This document shows, in pieces, positions 35,601-48,159 of a stretch of DNA of 64,000 nucleotides. The translations under genes and the position numbers were made by a program. Within the stretch, counting starts at the first letter, position 1. Each line of letters begins with the position of its first letter. Source of the stretch: Geosiphon pyriformis uo1 (lineage: Eukaryota; Fungi; Glomeromycota). The notes under the pieces were generated by a model, which searched no databases, was not told the origin of the DNA, and saw only the letters and a list, made by a program, of their open reading frames with translations. The DNA lies in contig JAAOMT010000659.1 of assembly GCA_016748015.1 (NCBI GenBank), positions 246,806-310,805 of the forward strand, read 5' to 3'.

Positions 35601-35660
35601 ATGTATAGTACTAGGTCACATTTGAACTTTATTCATTAAATAATAATAATAAAAAAACAA
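32614..35660 (+). mobile_element. LINE, 3' half (RT core, RNase H, Zn-finger, 3' UTR, TAA/A tail)
   Basis: Resumes at (R)KIFSKIL; VLQDMHKAYNS, AFV(NN)T, YLGIF; RNase H FSDSQAAL; CLFYGDVEVSDHVFSC; stop at 35523. Confidence 0.92.
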
Positions 35661-35799
35661 ATAATAATCAAATTTAGTGATTATACTTATTATAGTTTTT
35701 TTTTGTTTTTAAATGTTCTGTTTTTCTTAATATTTGTCATAATATGACAAAAGTTTTATTATTTTTAAAACACATTATGGTTTGTTTACTCGAAATTGG

Positions 35800-38700
35800 T
35801 AGATTTAGAAACAATTTAAAAATAAGGCTTTTACTATATCTTACTGACTGTATATATATGTTGATTTTAAACTAAACAAACAACAGTTTATAATGACAAT
35901 AATAAAACAAACTAATTGTCAGAAACCTGGTTTTATTTGTATTAATGGTTCAGAATTTAGTAATATTAAAAACTTATCTTTGACTGCAATCAATATTTTG
36001 TATTAAAGTATATTTGGTGTCAAGACAAAATACTCAGGTCTTTCAATCCTTGGTTTCAATAATAAAGCTCTTGTTCAGAAATTAACAAAAGACATTTTAT
36101 TTGTACCATTGTTTTTGAAAGTTAACAAACATATAATTGTTATTAATTCAATTGGATGTTTATCTTTCAAAAATTACTATGATACAGAAACAGGATATAT
36201 CTTAACAATAATAACAAAGATAAGTGGACAATAACTCATTGTACAAAAAATTAACAAGTCTATTTGTTATTTATATATATATTAAGATGAAACATGTATT
36301 AGATTAATTGAAAACAAAACACCCAACAACATTTGGAAAAAATTAAGAATTCTTACCAAATATAATGGAAAACTTCTTTTTGGTATCAAACATTTTGATA
36401 CACAATTCTTATTCTAATTAATGAATTATAAAAAATTATTTATATGTACACCAAATAAATAGAGTGATAAAAACATACTGAAATGCATTTTTAACAAACA
36501 GATCAAGTCAAAAAAAATTTTTATGCAAATATTAGATTAAATGGCTTTGTTTTGTAAATAGTATAATCAAAAGAGCAATATTGTCCAATTCCTAAAAATA
36601 TTGGAAAAAATTTATTTGCCAGATTATATTATATCAAAAAAGAAATTATCTGCTTGACAAATTATGTTTCAAAATTATGGATGTTATAAAATTATTCTAT
36701 ATAGTAAAAAAATAGCAAACATAAAATTTTGAACTAAATTAAACACACCTAATTATGAAAAAAATAATTTAGAAACATTATATAATACTGGTCTTTTATG
36801 TGTAACATTATCTGAACCAATAATTATTAACAATTCAAAAGAAATAGTTATTTTTTAAAAGAGTTTTAGATTAACTTACAAATCTAATATTGATGGAGTG
36901 TATGGTAAGATTAAAATTTTGTCTATTATTGCAAAAAAGTTTTTTTATTTAGTATTAAAACAATAGCTTAAGGTAAAAAATCAAAATTTTTATAATATGT
37001 TATATTCTAATACTTATTATAAAATTAGATCAGATCAGATATAATAAATACCACAAAAAAACATGCAAGATTATATGGTCCTGGATTATCTTCTTTTAAG
37101 AAACCAAAGTGTACTTACCAAAAAATGTCTGAAATCAAAAAATCACAATTCATTGAATTTTTTTTAGACAAAAATAATGTCATTATGAGTTCTTATAAAG
37201 TAAACTTAAAATTAAATTTGCCTGTTTTGTATATAAAAAACCAAAAAAAAGCTTTGTGAGAAAAATTTACTAAAACTTATTCAAATAGAATGAAAAAAAC
37301 TTCATTTATAAAACAATTGGCTAATAATACACACATTCACTATCATAAAAATTTGGGTGGCTTGTATTAAACATGTAATGATTATGATTATAAAGCATTC
37401 TCAAATTTGAAAGAACTGATACATAGAATTTTTATTAACAAGAAAATCAGAGTTAGTATATATTGTGTTTTATAATTAATACTATTTACTTACCTAAATT
37501 TTTAAAATAATGTCTTGTCACATATTAAAAAGCTACATTAATATATAAAACAAACTTATAAAAATGAATTGACAATTAATGCTAATGGTATAATATCACA
37601 TGATAATTGTATTGATTATTGCTTGTTATATGTCTTTGAAGAATGTGATGAATTATATTCTTTATATTGTTAAAAATGCCAAGAACATTTTGAATTGTTA
37701 AATTTATAAAACCTTATGTTAGCTCAAATAAATTTTCACAGTATACAGAAATTAGAGATAGATCTCAATATTTTCTTGTATATAAAGCAAGAAAAATTTA
37801 TCTAAATACACAATTCAAAGCTGCATTGAATTAATTGGATGAAGATAGTACTATAATTATAGCAGATTATAAAATGCAAGTATTACCTCAATCAACCAAA
37901 AAAATCAAAAAAGCATTTTTTAGCAAATGAGAATAGATCTTACATATAATTCTTGTGTTTATAAAAAAACCTGGTAAAAATAAATTGTTTATTAGAGCTT
38001 ATGACTATTAGAGTATAGATATCAAGCAAAATACATGGTTTACAGCTTTATCATTTGAAGCTGTATTTGAAACAATATAAAAAAAACCAAAATAGATTTA
38101 CATATTTTTTGATAATAGTCTTTATTATTACAATTCTCAGCTTATGGCTATTATAAGTTATTGGTTCAAATGATATAATATTCAAGTGCTAGGTTGGCAG
38201 TTTTTTGAATCAGGTAAAGCAAAAACTATAATAGATTTATATCATGTCTCAGTAAGTAAATATAAAGCTAGATTATATTATTTTTTTCTTCACACTAATT
38301 TTATTCAGATTGTCTATGTAATTAAACAATATGTACGAATTGAATTTAATATCACAGAGAGTAATGACATCATAAAAGCCAGTTAAAATCTTGCTGACAC
38401 CTCTTTTGCAAATATAGAACCAGATTGTGGTCAAATAGGAGCAGAAAATGAGAGAAAAAAAGCATTTGTAAAAACTATACCAGTAATTTCCAAGTTTTAT
38501 TATTGAAAATAGCCTACTAAAAAACTGCTGGTAGATTATATTTGCACATGGCCACTTCCATATATTGGCAGTTGGGAGAATTATTTACCAGCAGCTGTAG
38601 CAAATTTATGTAATATAAAAATTGTTAGACTGAAACCTTTTTTTTTAGAGCATACTGAAAATCTCATTGATTGGGAGATGCAAATGTCATAAATGTTAGA

Positions 38701-39330
38701 TAGATCTAATCTGAAGATCATTTGTAACAACAATAATGTAAATAATACCAATATTATCTTTAAATTTAATTAAAAGATACTCAAAGAGTAGATAATATTG
38801 GAAATTAATTAATGATAGAACTGACTATTGAAAAGGCCAAAAAAAAATCATAAGATTAGTGTGTCTTTTTGAATTGATTTTAAATAAAATAATAAGATTG
38901 TTTGATATCAACCTCATATTTGTAAAATATAAATTAAGATGCCATTGCTTTTAGCCTAAGATAAGTCTCTTTATTGTATTCACAAAGTTTTATATAGAAT
39001 TTTAATCAAAAGAATCATAGTCTAATTAATCAAAAATACCTACTATCAAAAGAATAGGCACTAAAACATAATCAAAAAATGTGTGAAAAAGAAAAGAGAA
39101 AACATATGTCAAAAAAGATAAATATGTTGTTGTAAAATTTCTTTATAAACAGAAATTTAAACCTTCAAGATTATATGTTAGCAAAAAAAATGCAAGTTAA
39201 ACTTATGAAATTTGTAGAATCAGAAAAAATTGTGCAGAAAGATGTTCCAAAAATGAATATAATCCAAAATTAGATTGGGAGATTTTCTTATGCTTTTAAA
39301 GATACTGCAAATAAACAAGTATGACAGATA
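35800..39330 (+). pseudogene. Heavily decayed DNA transposase, Sola-like (possibly Sola3); boundaries approximate
   Basis: Degenerate motifs IIADYKMQVLP...FFSK, KQNTWFTA, IFFDNSLYYYN, FFESGKAKTIID, and C-terminal (GW)ALKHNQK...DVPK..IQN(W)I. Very many stops. Confidence 0.6.
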
Positions 39331-40091
39331 TTAAAAGTTGGTAGAACTGGAAGTTTTTCAGAAGATACAATAGTTATAGAAAATAAATAATAAGAGAAAC
39401 CATTTGCAAAATTGATACTATTTTTATTATGTTTTAGTTTTCTTATTTTTGGCCATATTATTCTCATAAAAAAACTGTTGAACATATTAATCAAGATAAT
39501 AAAACAATAAATAGGAGTGTAGTTAATTACTTTTCTATGTAAGCTCGACAAATAGCTGCCAACTTATAACAGAAAAACACTTCAATTAACTCTAGTTTGC
39601 TTAACAAAAAAAAAAATATAAGTGTAATGAAACCAATAAAGTGTGCTATGGTTATAAGATCTTTGTAAGCTTTTATATTTTCTCCAAAAAAAGACATATT
39701 ACTAACTGTGAAAATTTTGAATCATTGAATGCTGATAATTTTTACTATATGAATAGAGACAAAAATGCTGATTTTTTATATAGCAAAAGCCACAAAAAAA
39801 AGCAGAATTGCTACTATTTTGTACATGTGTCTTTATTTACTATTTTTGTAGAGGTCTACATATTTGTATTATTAATTGCTTTAATCAATGCAGTAGTTGC
39901 TAATAGCATAAAAAACTAGTGTTTAGTGCTTCTAATAATAGATTTGTGTAAAATTTTACTATGTATTACACACCTGATTATAACTGATCTGCGAATTAAT
40001 AATTGTTTTTTAAGTATTATTAAAAACATAATTTGTTTTGTTTTAAAAACAGTAAAAATTAGTTAAAAATTAATATATTAGATAATATAAT

Positions 40092-41691
40092 TTTTTTTTT
40101 TAAAACATTTAACAAGTGAAGTCCAAACACTGCTTAGTGCAATACATTATACAAATAATCTAAACTAGATGTGAATCATGCAATATCTACATGTGACCAG
40201 CCACTTGGACTAATCAGGACAGCACTAAGCACTTATATGAACAGAGACCTCACTTCCTATGCCTAAAAAAAACAAACAAGACTTACGGAACCTGAAACCA
40301 ACACCAATCGCCTTAGCAACACCCAGCAGCTGGGTCATGCTAGATGACAGTCTTAAAAAAAGCCCAGAAATTGGAACAGAAGCAGACCCATTGCACAGAA
40401 TAAGCCCATTTTTTTCCATGAATGCACGGTGCTTGGCGTGAACCAACCAAATGTCTTCCCAAAAAGCCAAGCTGAACTCATACACAAAGGCCACAATGTT
40501 CTGACTTGCTTTCCTAGAATCCTTGAAGACAGAAACAGACTTACGAAACCAATCCTTGAAAACAAAACCCTTGCACAGAGCAGTACTAACTGAAATGTTA
40601 AATACACAAGTAGACAACAGCTGTAAGACACCTGAGAAAAAATAAGCCAGACCAGAGTGCACGCCCCAAATTGCCACATGAACATTCAACAACCGAGCAT
40701 GACCATCAGCATCAAATGGACAAGAAAAAGCATGGTCTGAGACCTCAACATCACCACAGAACAAACACACCACACTAGAGTAGTGCTTATTATAAAGCTG
40801 CTTACGTACTACAACAGGGAGCTGATGGTGTAATGCCTTCATAAAGTAAGTCCGGAAACCAGCTGTCCACTTGCTAGTGAAGCCAGCAGCCATGTGAGAA
40901 TCTGGATGCCAAACCAGCAACAACTTAAACCAATCAATATTTGTACACAGACTACCTGCCACCACCCCAGTACCACAACTGATTTCCCAATGTGCACAAT
41001 GAACAGACCGAAAAACATCCCGAACAAAATGCCTAGAATTACTAGAAATGGCTGCACCACCACCCCTAAGATAGCATTCATTGACAGAATGAGGCAGATG
41101 CCAACCAGAGAGAGCCGCAGTTTTGGCCAACTTATTAGCCCATTCATTGCCTGAAACTCCTGAGTGTTCTTTAACCTTACACCAATTAACTTTTAAATTC
41201 TTACAATGAATAATATTCACAATATGACAGTATTCAATCCAACACCAATTCCTAAAATCTGGGCAAACCAATTCCATCTCTAACTTGCAAGCATCCAAAG
41301 CAGTCTGACTGTCCGAAAACAAGTCAATTGAGCGAAAAGAAGGAATGCATTCGAGTGCCAGAGCAATGGCCTTCAATTCTGTCAAGGTAGAAGACATCAA
41401 ACCAGATACCCCTACACCCAAACCCATACCAATGTCCTCAAAGAAAACAGCAGCTCCAGTTTTCATATCAACTGTCCCTAAATTACTTAGAGATTCATCT
41501 GTATAAACAGAAAGATGACCAACATCGGAATCGAACAAACTGGCACTAATGATGCCAAACTCACAAGACTGAAAAACATCCGAAGAGGCATTACCAGCCA
41601 AAAGCATGGAACAGACAGGAAGAGAAGACACACCATCGAGAAACCGAACGGACAGCTCAAACCAAGCAAGAACTGGACCACGTGGGTCCAT
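40092..41691 (-). mobile_element. 5'-truncated LINE of the same group (RNase H, Zn-finger, 3' UTR, poly-A), relatively young
   Basis: Open 488-codon frame homologous to 34063-35523; poly-T on the plus strand near 40091-40101; candidate TSD ATAATATAAT at 40082-40091 and 41692-41701. Confidence 0.9.
40225..41691 (-). CDS. Uninterrupted LINE-derived ORF: RNase H plus C-terminal Zn-finger (488 aa); expression unknown
   Basis: VYTDESL, TELKAIALAL, FSDSQ, KEHSGVSGNEWANKLA, CLFCGDVEVSDHAFSC. Confidence 0.55.
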   Translation of the reverse strand: MDPRGPVLAWFELSVRFLDGVSSLPVCSMLLAGNASSDVFQSCEFGIISASLFDSDVGHLSVYTDESLSNLGTVDMKTGAAVFFEDIGMGLGVGVSGLMSSTLTELKAIALALECIPSFRSIDLFSDSQTALDACKLEMELVCPDFRNWCWIEYCHIVNIIHCKNLKVNWCKVKEHSGVSGNEWANKLAKTAALSGWHLPHSVNECYLRGGGAAISSNSRHFVRDVFRSVHCAHWEISCGTGVVAGSLCTNIDWFKLLLVWHPDSHMAAGFTSKWTAGFRTYFMKALHHQLPVVVRKQLYNKHYSSVVCLFCGDVEVSDHAFSCPFDADGHARLLNVHVAIWGVHSGLAYFFSGVLQLLSTCVFNISVSTALCKGFVFKDWFRKSVSVFKDSRKASQNIVAFVYEFSLAFWEDIWLVHAKHRAFMEKNGLILCNGSASVPISGLFLRLSSSMTQLLGVAKAIGVGFRFRKSCLFFLGIGSEVSVHISA

Positions 41692-42149
41692 ATAATATAA
41701 TCAAAAATTAATTCAAATTAAAATTAATTAATATGTTTTTATTATTATTTAAAATAAAAAACAATTTTTTATTTATAATTATAATAAAATTAAATATTAT
41801 AATAAATAAACTTTTTTATAAAACTATTAAAAATTTTAAAAATTTTATTATATTTAATAAAATTTCAATAAAGTTTAAGTTTTGTTTAAAGCTAAAAATT
41901 CAAAATATTAAAATAAAAATAGTTTAAACATAAAAAAATATATGCTATTATTATATATTATTTATAAAAAAAAATTATTTTTATAAAACATATTTTACTT
42001 AATAAAAAATTAAAATTAAATTAAAAAAAATTTTATTGAATCAATTAAATATAAAATATATTTATATATTATTATAAACATTCAGTATAGTATAGTAGAA
42101 AATTCTGATCACATATTTGTGTATATACATAATAGTGGTGTTAAGAAAA

Positions 42150-42760
42150 AATTATTGTCAATTATAGTCTTAAAGTAAAGTAATATAGTAAATATCTTTG
42201 CTATTAGTAGTGTAATTTTTGGGTCTTTGTATAAGATTAGGGTATTTGCTAACTTGTATATAGTACTGATTAAGGGCTTTATGTTGAAAAGTTAGATGGT
42301 TGACACAATGTACCATTTAAGTATTGAATCCAATAGTAGTATAATTGTTGTCAAATTGGTCCATAATTTGGCTAAAGATCACAGATCTGCTATTTGGCTG
42401 CTTACAGCCAAGTTGAAGTTCTTTTACAAAATATAATCTTCTGCCATGTAATAATTCTGTCATTCTTTCAGTATCTGATTTGTTTTGTTTATGATGTTCT
42501 GTTGTAATTTGATGTTTTGATATTAGATTAGGTATCTATATTTGCTTTAATTTGCACTTTAGTCTGTTTAGATTAGATTTTGGTTTTTTGTACAGAATTT
42601 TATTTGTGGATGTTTTAGGTGTATAATGTTGCCTTAATTGATCCAAGTGGCTGGTCATGTGTAAAAAATACATAAGCCATACTTAATTTAGAATTTTGTT
42701 TAATTTTATGTATTTAGGTAGTGGTTGGGCTGCACTTATTAAATGTTAATAATAATAAAA
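42150..42760 (+). mobile_element. Degraded LINE 3' remnant
   Basis: 3' UTR motif CCAAGTGGCTGGTCATGTGT and a (TAA)n-A tail like the other copies; upstream limit approximate. Confidence 0.65.
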
Positions 42761-43522
42761 ATTATAACCATTTTTAATTATTTTTTTATTTTAGCAATTT
42801 TGAAAGTTTTTTTTTAATTTAATTTTAATTATTGCTGTTTCTATGTTTATAAAATTTATTTTAATAATGATTAGTATTATATTACAATATTGTTGTTAAA
42901 AATAACTTATTTTATTATTATTTTTCAGTTTATATTAATTATTGTCAAGTTATTTTTTTGGAATAATTATTAATCAAAGTAAAACATTATTATTTCTATT
43001 CCTTAAATTTATAAATTTTATAAATTTTAATAGTTTTAATATTAAATGTTTAAATAAATAAATCTTTTAATTTTTTAATGTTATTGATAATTAAAAAAAT
43101 GTAATAATTTTAAAATTTATATTAAATTATTAATATTATTACTTATTAAATATTTTAATAATTTTTATTTACTTATGCTATAATAAAGTGTGTGCTATTA
43201 TATGTTTCATATTAAATATAACTTAGCCATTTGGTTAATGATAAATATAAATATTTTCAATATTAATTAATTTTTATTTAAAAACTTAATAAAATATAAA
43301 GAAATTATTTAATTTAAAAAAAATAAATATTTATATTTTATATTAATTAACTATTTTTTATAATTAATAAATTATTGATTACTTTTATATATTTCACGAA
43401 TTATTGGTTTTTTTAATTTGTTTATTCCTTTTAAATCTTATCATCGAGTCTAAAAATATATTTTTTATTTATTTTTATTACGCCATTTAATATGAAATGA
43501 TTTGACAAGAGACATATACGTC

Positions 43523-43528
43523 ACGCGT
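43523..43528. promoter_or_regulatory. Candidate MluI cell-cycle box (MCB) ACGCGT
   Basis: Perfect ACGCGT about 80 bp upstream of the BUB1 ATG, at the edge of otherwise CpG-poor DNA. Confidence 0.5.
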
Positions 43529-43603
43529 AAAAATCGCCCGAAGTATTGTTCCTGAGACATTGATTCAAAAGCACATCTAGTGTCCGAGACGAAATTGAGA
43601 ATC

Positions 43604-46600
43604 ATGGAGGAGCCATCCAACCACCTTAATGAACCCAAAATATCCAGAAAGAGCGATTTATTCTCAAGCTTCCAATCTCAAGAGTCGTTCATAGCTTCCT
43701 CCACAAGTTCACTACCGAACCTCGTCGACTTTTCCACTTTTGAAGACGAAAAGGAGAATATACTTCCTCTGAAACAGGGTCGAAGTGCTGTAGCTCTTTC
43801 ACAGGTCTTTTCAGCCAACCCCTCTATCCGTCACGCACAACTTCAAGGAGGACACGCTCAATTTGCGGAGGAGCTCAAGCATTTAAATGAACTCGACGAC
43901 CCTCTGGATGTCTTTGATAGATACATAAAATGGACAATTGAAAATTATCCGCAAGGACATAATCATGATTCAAATCTTATTCCATTATTCGAACACACTG
44001 TTCGGACATTTCAGGACGATATTCGTTACAAGAATGATGCTAGATATTTGAAATATTGGCTACAGTACGCGAAATATGTCGATGAACCAAGAGATGTCTT
44101 CGTATTCTTGGACAGAAAAGATATCGGGATGAACTTTGCTGCCTATTATGAGGAATATGCAACATTGCTTGAAGCATCAAAAAAGTAATGGAATTTAGGA
44201 TTTTCTTATCAACTTATTCCTTCTTGAGAAGATCTTTTGTTTACATTTTTCAATCATTTCGCTAAATTTTTATTTAACAAAAATACATTTATATCCAAGA
44301 CTAAAGGAAGCGGATGAAATTTTTCGATTAGGTATTCATCGGCGAGCTCAGCCTCTGCAGCGCTTAAATAAAAGGTATCGCCAATTTCAAACTCGAATGG
44401 TGATAACACCAAATCCAAGTAATGACAAGACAACATTGCATGATGTCAAAAAAACATCTCGAACAATTCTTGGTGCAAAAACATCATCATCATCATCATC
44501 GACAGGTTTAGAGAATAAGAGTCAGAGAGAACGCTTGGTTAAAAAAGAATTCATTGATATGTCGTCGAATCAAGGACGATTGTCTGTATTGTATGATCCA
44601 GATGGCAAACTTGGAATGGAATCGTTGGCAAATTCATCAACTGTTATTCCATGGCTAGATCTTGGAACCGAGGCCTCGAGAAAAAAAGAAAACATCCCGG
44701 AGCCGACTCAATGGAAGGGCGAAAAGTTCCCACAAAATTCAAGCCTCCGTATACCAATGACCGAAAAGCTGGCGGTATATCATGACGAGGTTTGTGGATT
44801 TCTAATATCAGAACGGCGCAAATTATTTCTAGTGAAATTACTCTACCCTATTCCTACAACGAGCCAAATTTTTGCTACAGCAACCCATTCAAGTTGTTAC
44901 GACAACCTTAGTAAATGAACCAATTCTCAGAAATGAGAATGCCCCACAAGAGAACTCTAATCAAACCAAAACCATTAGCAAAGACTCCGAAAAATTCGTA
45001 AAAGCTGCACCCAAATCACAACCTACATCAAAACAAGAACAAGTCAGAAAATCCTTAACCTCTGAAAGGCTTTTTGTTGATATTGAAAAATTTATTATAA
45101 GAGGAGAAGAGATGTCTCTAGAAGAGATGAAAGCAAGGCATTTTGGCTGGATTGACTCGGAAGGTCAATATAAAGATTTAGAGGATAAAACCCCTGACAA
45201 CAGTAGGGTAGAGGAAATCGACTTTAACAGAGTTCAACAGTCTCCTGAATATCCGGAAACCAAAACAGAAGGGTTTAAATCTTACTCCTCAGAAGAGGAT
45301 ATTCGCCACATTCAAATTCGTAAGGGTGGGTGAAAAAGAATATTAAAATACTACACATAATTGAGAATTTCAAATTGATTTTCTGAATGTCTTCTCAGAG
45401 AAAACTTCAGATCAACCTTCACCAACAGTCGATACAAAAGAAGTGTTAGCCGATGTATGTGAGATGTTCAATCAGCCTCTTAAATGCGGAGAAAGTGATG
45501 ATCGCAGGCACGGTATTTTACCAAGTATAGCTGAAAATTCGAAAACCCAATCCGAGTCTTTTCATCGAAAGCAAAAAAAAATCGATGAAAACCTGACCCA
45601 GAAGAAGTTTAACATTGAAAGCACTCACACAGGCCAAAAACGAAAGGGAATGGATGAAAATTACGCTTCTGAGGATGATGAGAACAGCTTTCTTGACCCA
45701 GATCATCACAAAGGAACCGCCAAACGGCAAGCTTTGGGTTTGCATTTTAATAAAGATAATGATTCTTGTGGCAGATCTCCGGCTCCAAGCGAGCATAAAG
45801 ATCTCATCGTAGAACTGAAATCCGAGAATTTAAAGCGTAATCAATATTCAAATCAACGTGGGGAAGTTCGAATAGTTCCGTTCAAAATTATGACCCCCAT
45901 CGATGAACGTAATTCGGAGTATGAGAGCTCAATCTCTAGTAGTGAAATATTTGGGAAATCCGAATTATCTTTATCGTCATCAGGCAAGAGAGCTGATTTT
46001 CCTTGTCATATTTTCGGCTCAACCTATGCTCTTCCGCATCAAGTTTCCAAGAATTGCAGTGTTGCGGATTCAGGCCTGAACCCAATTTTCGGTGAAACTG
46101 ATGAACGTTTGGTATCACAAATTCCAAGGATGTTTGATCCTCAATTACCTGAAATAAACGAGTCAGAGACGACCCTATTATCATCGATAACCCCAGGGCT
46201 TGGCTCACTGGCCGAGAAACTATGTAACCCAATGGATTTTCATCTTCGAGGACACATATTGGGCTCTCTCAATCCTTCTTTACAAACATATGCTGGCTTT
46301 TATGATGATCATAAGTCAGAAAAGAACGGATTGGAGGGAATAAGTCGCTATGTTCGAAATTGTGTAGCTCCCTCTAGACGGCGTACATTTAATGGATCTG
46401 AACCCAATTATGCAATTCAATTATTTGAGGATTTATATATCATTAAGCGAAAAATTGGTGAAGGTGGCTTCGGCAAGGTTTATTGTGCCCTTCACAAAAA
46501 TAAAAGTGTACTAGAAATCGATGATTGGCATGAGCCATATCATAATCTCACCAGTTCGGAGAGTAATTCACTTTGTGCGTTGAAAATCCAAAGTCCCCCA

Positions 46601-47443
46601 GACGCATGGGAATTCTATGTAATTCATCAATTACGTGGACGTATTTCTGCCCCAATAATTGATTCTTTTATCTCGGTAAATTCCCTCTATTATTACAAAG
46701 ATGAAAGTTATATGGTGGGGGAATATTTGCAAAATGGAACTATTTTAGATGTCATCAATGCTGTTACCAACGAAAGGACGAATATGGATGAATTGTTAGT
46801 GGCTTTTTTCACGATAGAATTGCTGAAAGTTATAGAATCAATGCATACAGCTGGTATAATACATGGCGATATGAAACCCGATAATTGTCTTCTAAGGCTT
46901 GATCCAGTAGACGAATGGGACCCGCAATATTGTCCTTCAGGTGGGAGAGGGTGGTCTAAAAAAGGTATAAAAATTATTGATTTTGGACGCGGCATAGATC
47001 TTACATTGTTTCCTGAAGAAATTAAATTCGTTTGTGACTGGGAAACCACTGGGAAAGATTGCTACGAAATGCGAGTTGGGAAACCATGGAAATGGGAAAC
47101 AGACTACTATGGTCTAGCAGGGATAATCTATTGTATGCTTCATCATCAGTATCTTGAAACTTCACCCATCGAAGAAATGGCCTCCAACACTCAAAACACA
47201 ATTATATCTACAAAAAAACGGTTCAAACCACTTCTACCGTTTAAACGATATTGGCAAGAAGACCTTTGGCGACGAGTTTTTGATATGTTAATAAATCCTT
47301 CCTATGTGCGACCAGATGGCAAATTACCAATCACCAATGAATTGAAAGCTATTCGGGGCGACTTGGAAGAATTTTTGAGGGTCAACTGCGAGCGCAATGG
47401 AAAAAGCCTAAAGTCGATGCTTCGAAAACTAGAAAAAAACTAA
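43604..47443 (+). CDS. BUB1: Spindle-checkpoint kinase Bub1 (Mad3/Bub1 type), ~1184 aa; exons 43604-44184, 44300-44789, 44881-45319, 45399-47443
   Basis: KEN box (KENILPLKQGRS), Mad3/Bub1 TPR (DDPLDVFDRYIKW...RYLKYW), GLEBS-like EEMSLEEMKAR, CD1 SPTVDTKE..MFNQPL, kinase GEGGFGKV / HGDMKPDN / DFGR. GT-AG introns keep the frame. Confidence 0.95.
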
Positions 47444-48159
47444 TAGAGGGATATCTTAATTAATTTATGATCTCGAAATTAGAGGTTATAATAAATCCTC
47501 ACGAAAGATGAAACATGCTTTTGGGTCTTTAACCTTCAACATGAAATAGTAATTTGAACATTAAAAGGTGGTTAAATATATAGTGTGATCACTTCTCTTT
47601 GGCCAAGAAACAAAAATTTCAATGTAAAAAACGTTCATTTCACAAATATTGAATGAATAATATTTGGGAATGTTTGGCAATTAACGAGTCATCAATGAAA
47701 ACGATATTTTGAATGTTGATTAGAGAAAATGCCAATCTTTTTCTCAAAAGAATAATCTGGGAAAGTTGATGTAATTTGCCTACTTCATTTCATCATTGTT
47801 GAATGATGGAAAGTATTGGCAAAAGCTTTCCGTAATTTCCGAAAAACTCATTCCAATCCATAAAATTAGAAGTCTCATTCCGATGCAAGAAAACAAACAT
47901 TCAATAAATAAATCCATGGCCTCATACATAAGATTTCGAAAATTGGATACCAAATTTGCAATGCTCACTTTGATTGATTTTATTATTTCATCGCGGTATC
48001 ACGATTGCCCAAGATGCTATCATAAATAAAGTGCCAAATAGAAGAGTAGTTTTTAACGAAAACTCTGTATTGTGGAAATTTTGATTTCGTTTCAAGCGGG
48101 GGAAGGAGAGGAGAGGAGAGGAGAGGAGAGGGGAGGGGGGGGGGATTGTGGTTCAAAGT

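Noticed and set aside
43580-43603. GTG start for BUB1
   Set aside because: In-frame ATG at 43604 in good context; eukaryotic gene.
47780-48029. Small ORFs between BUB1 and TCTP
   Set aside because: No recognisable motifs; they lie in the convergent 3' UTR/terminator region.
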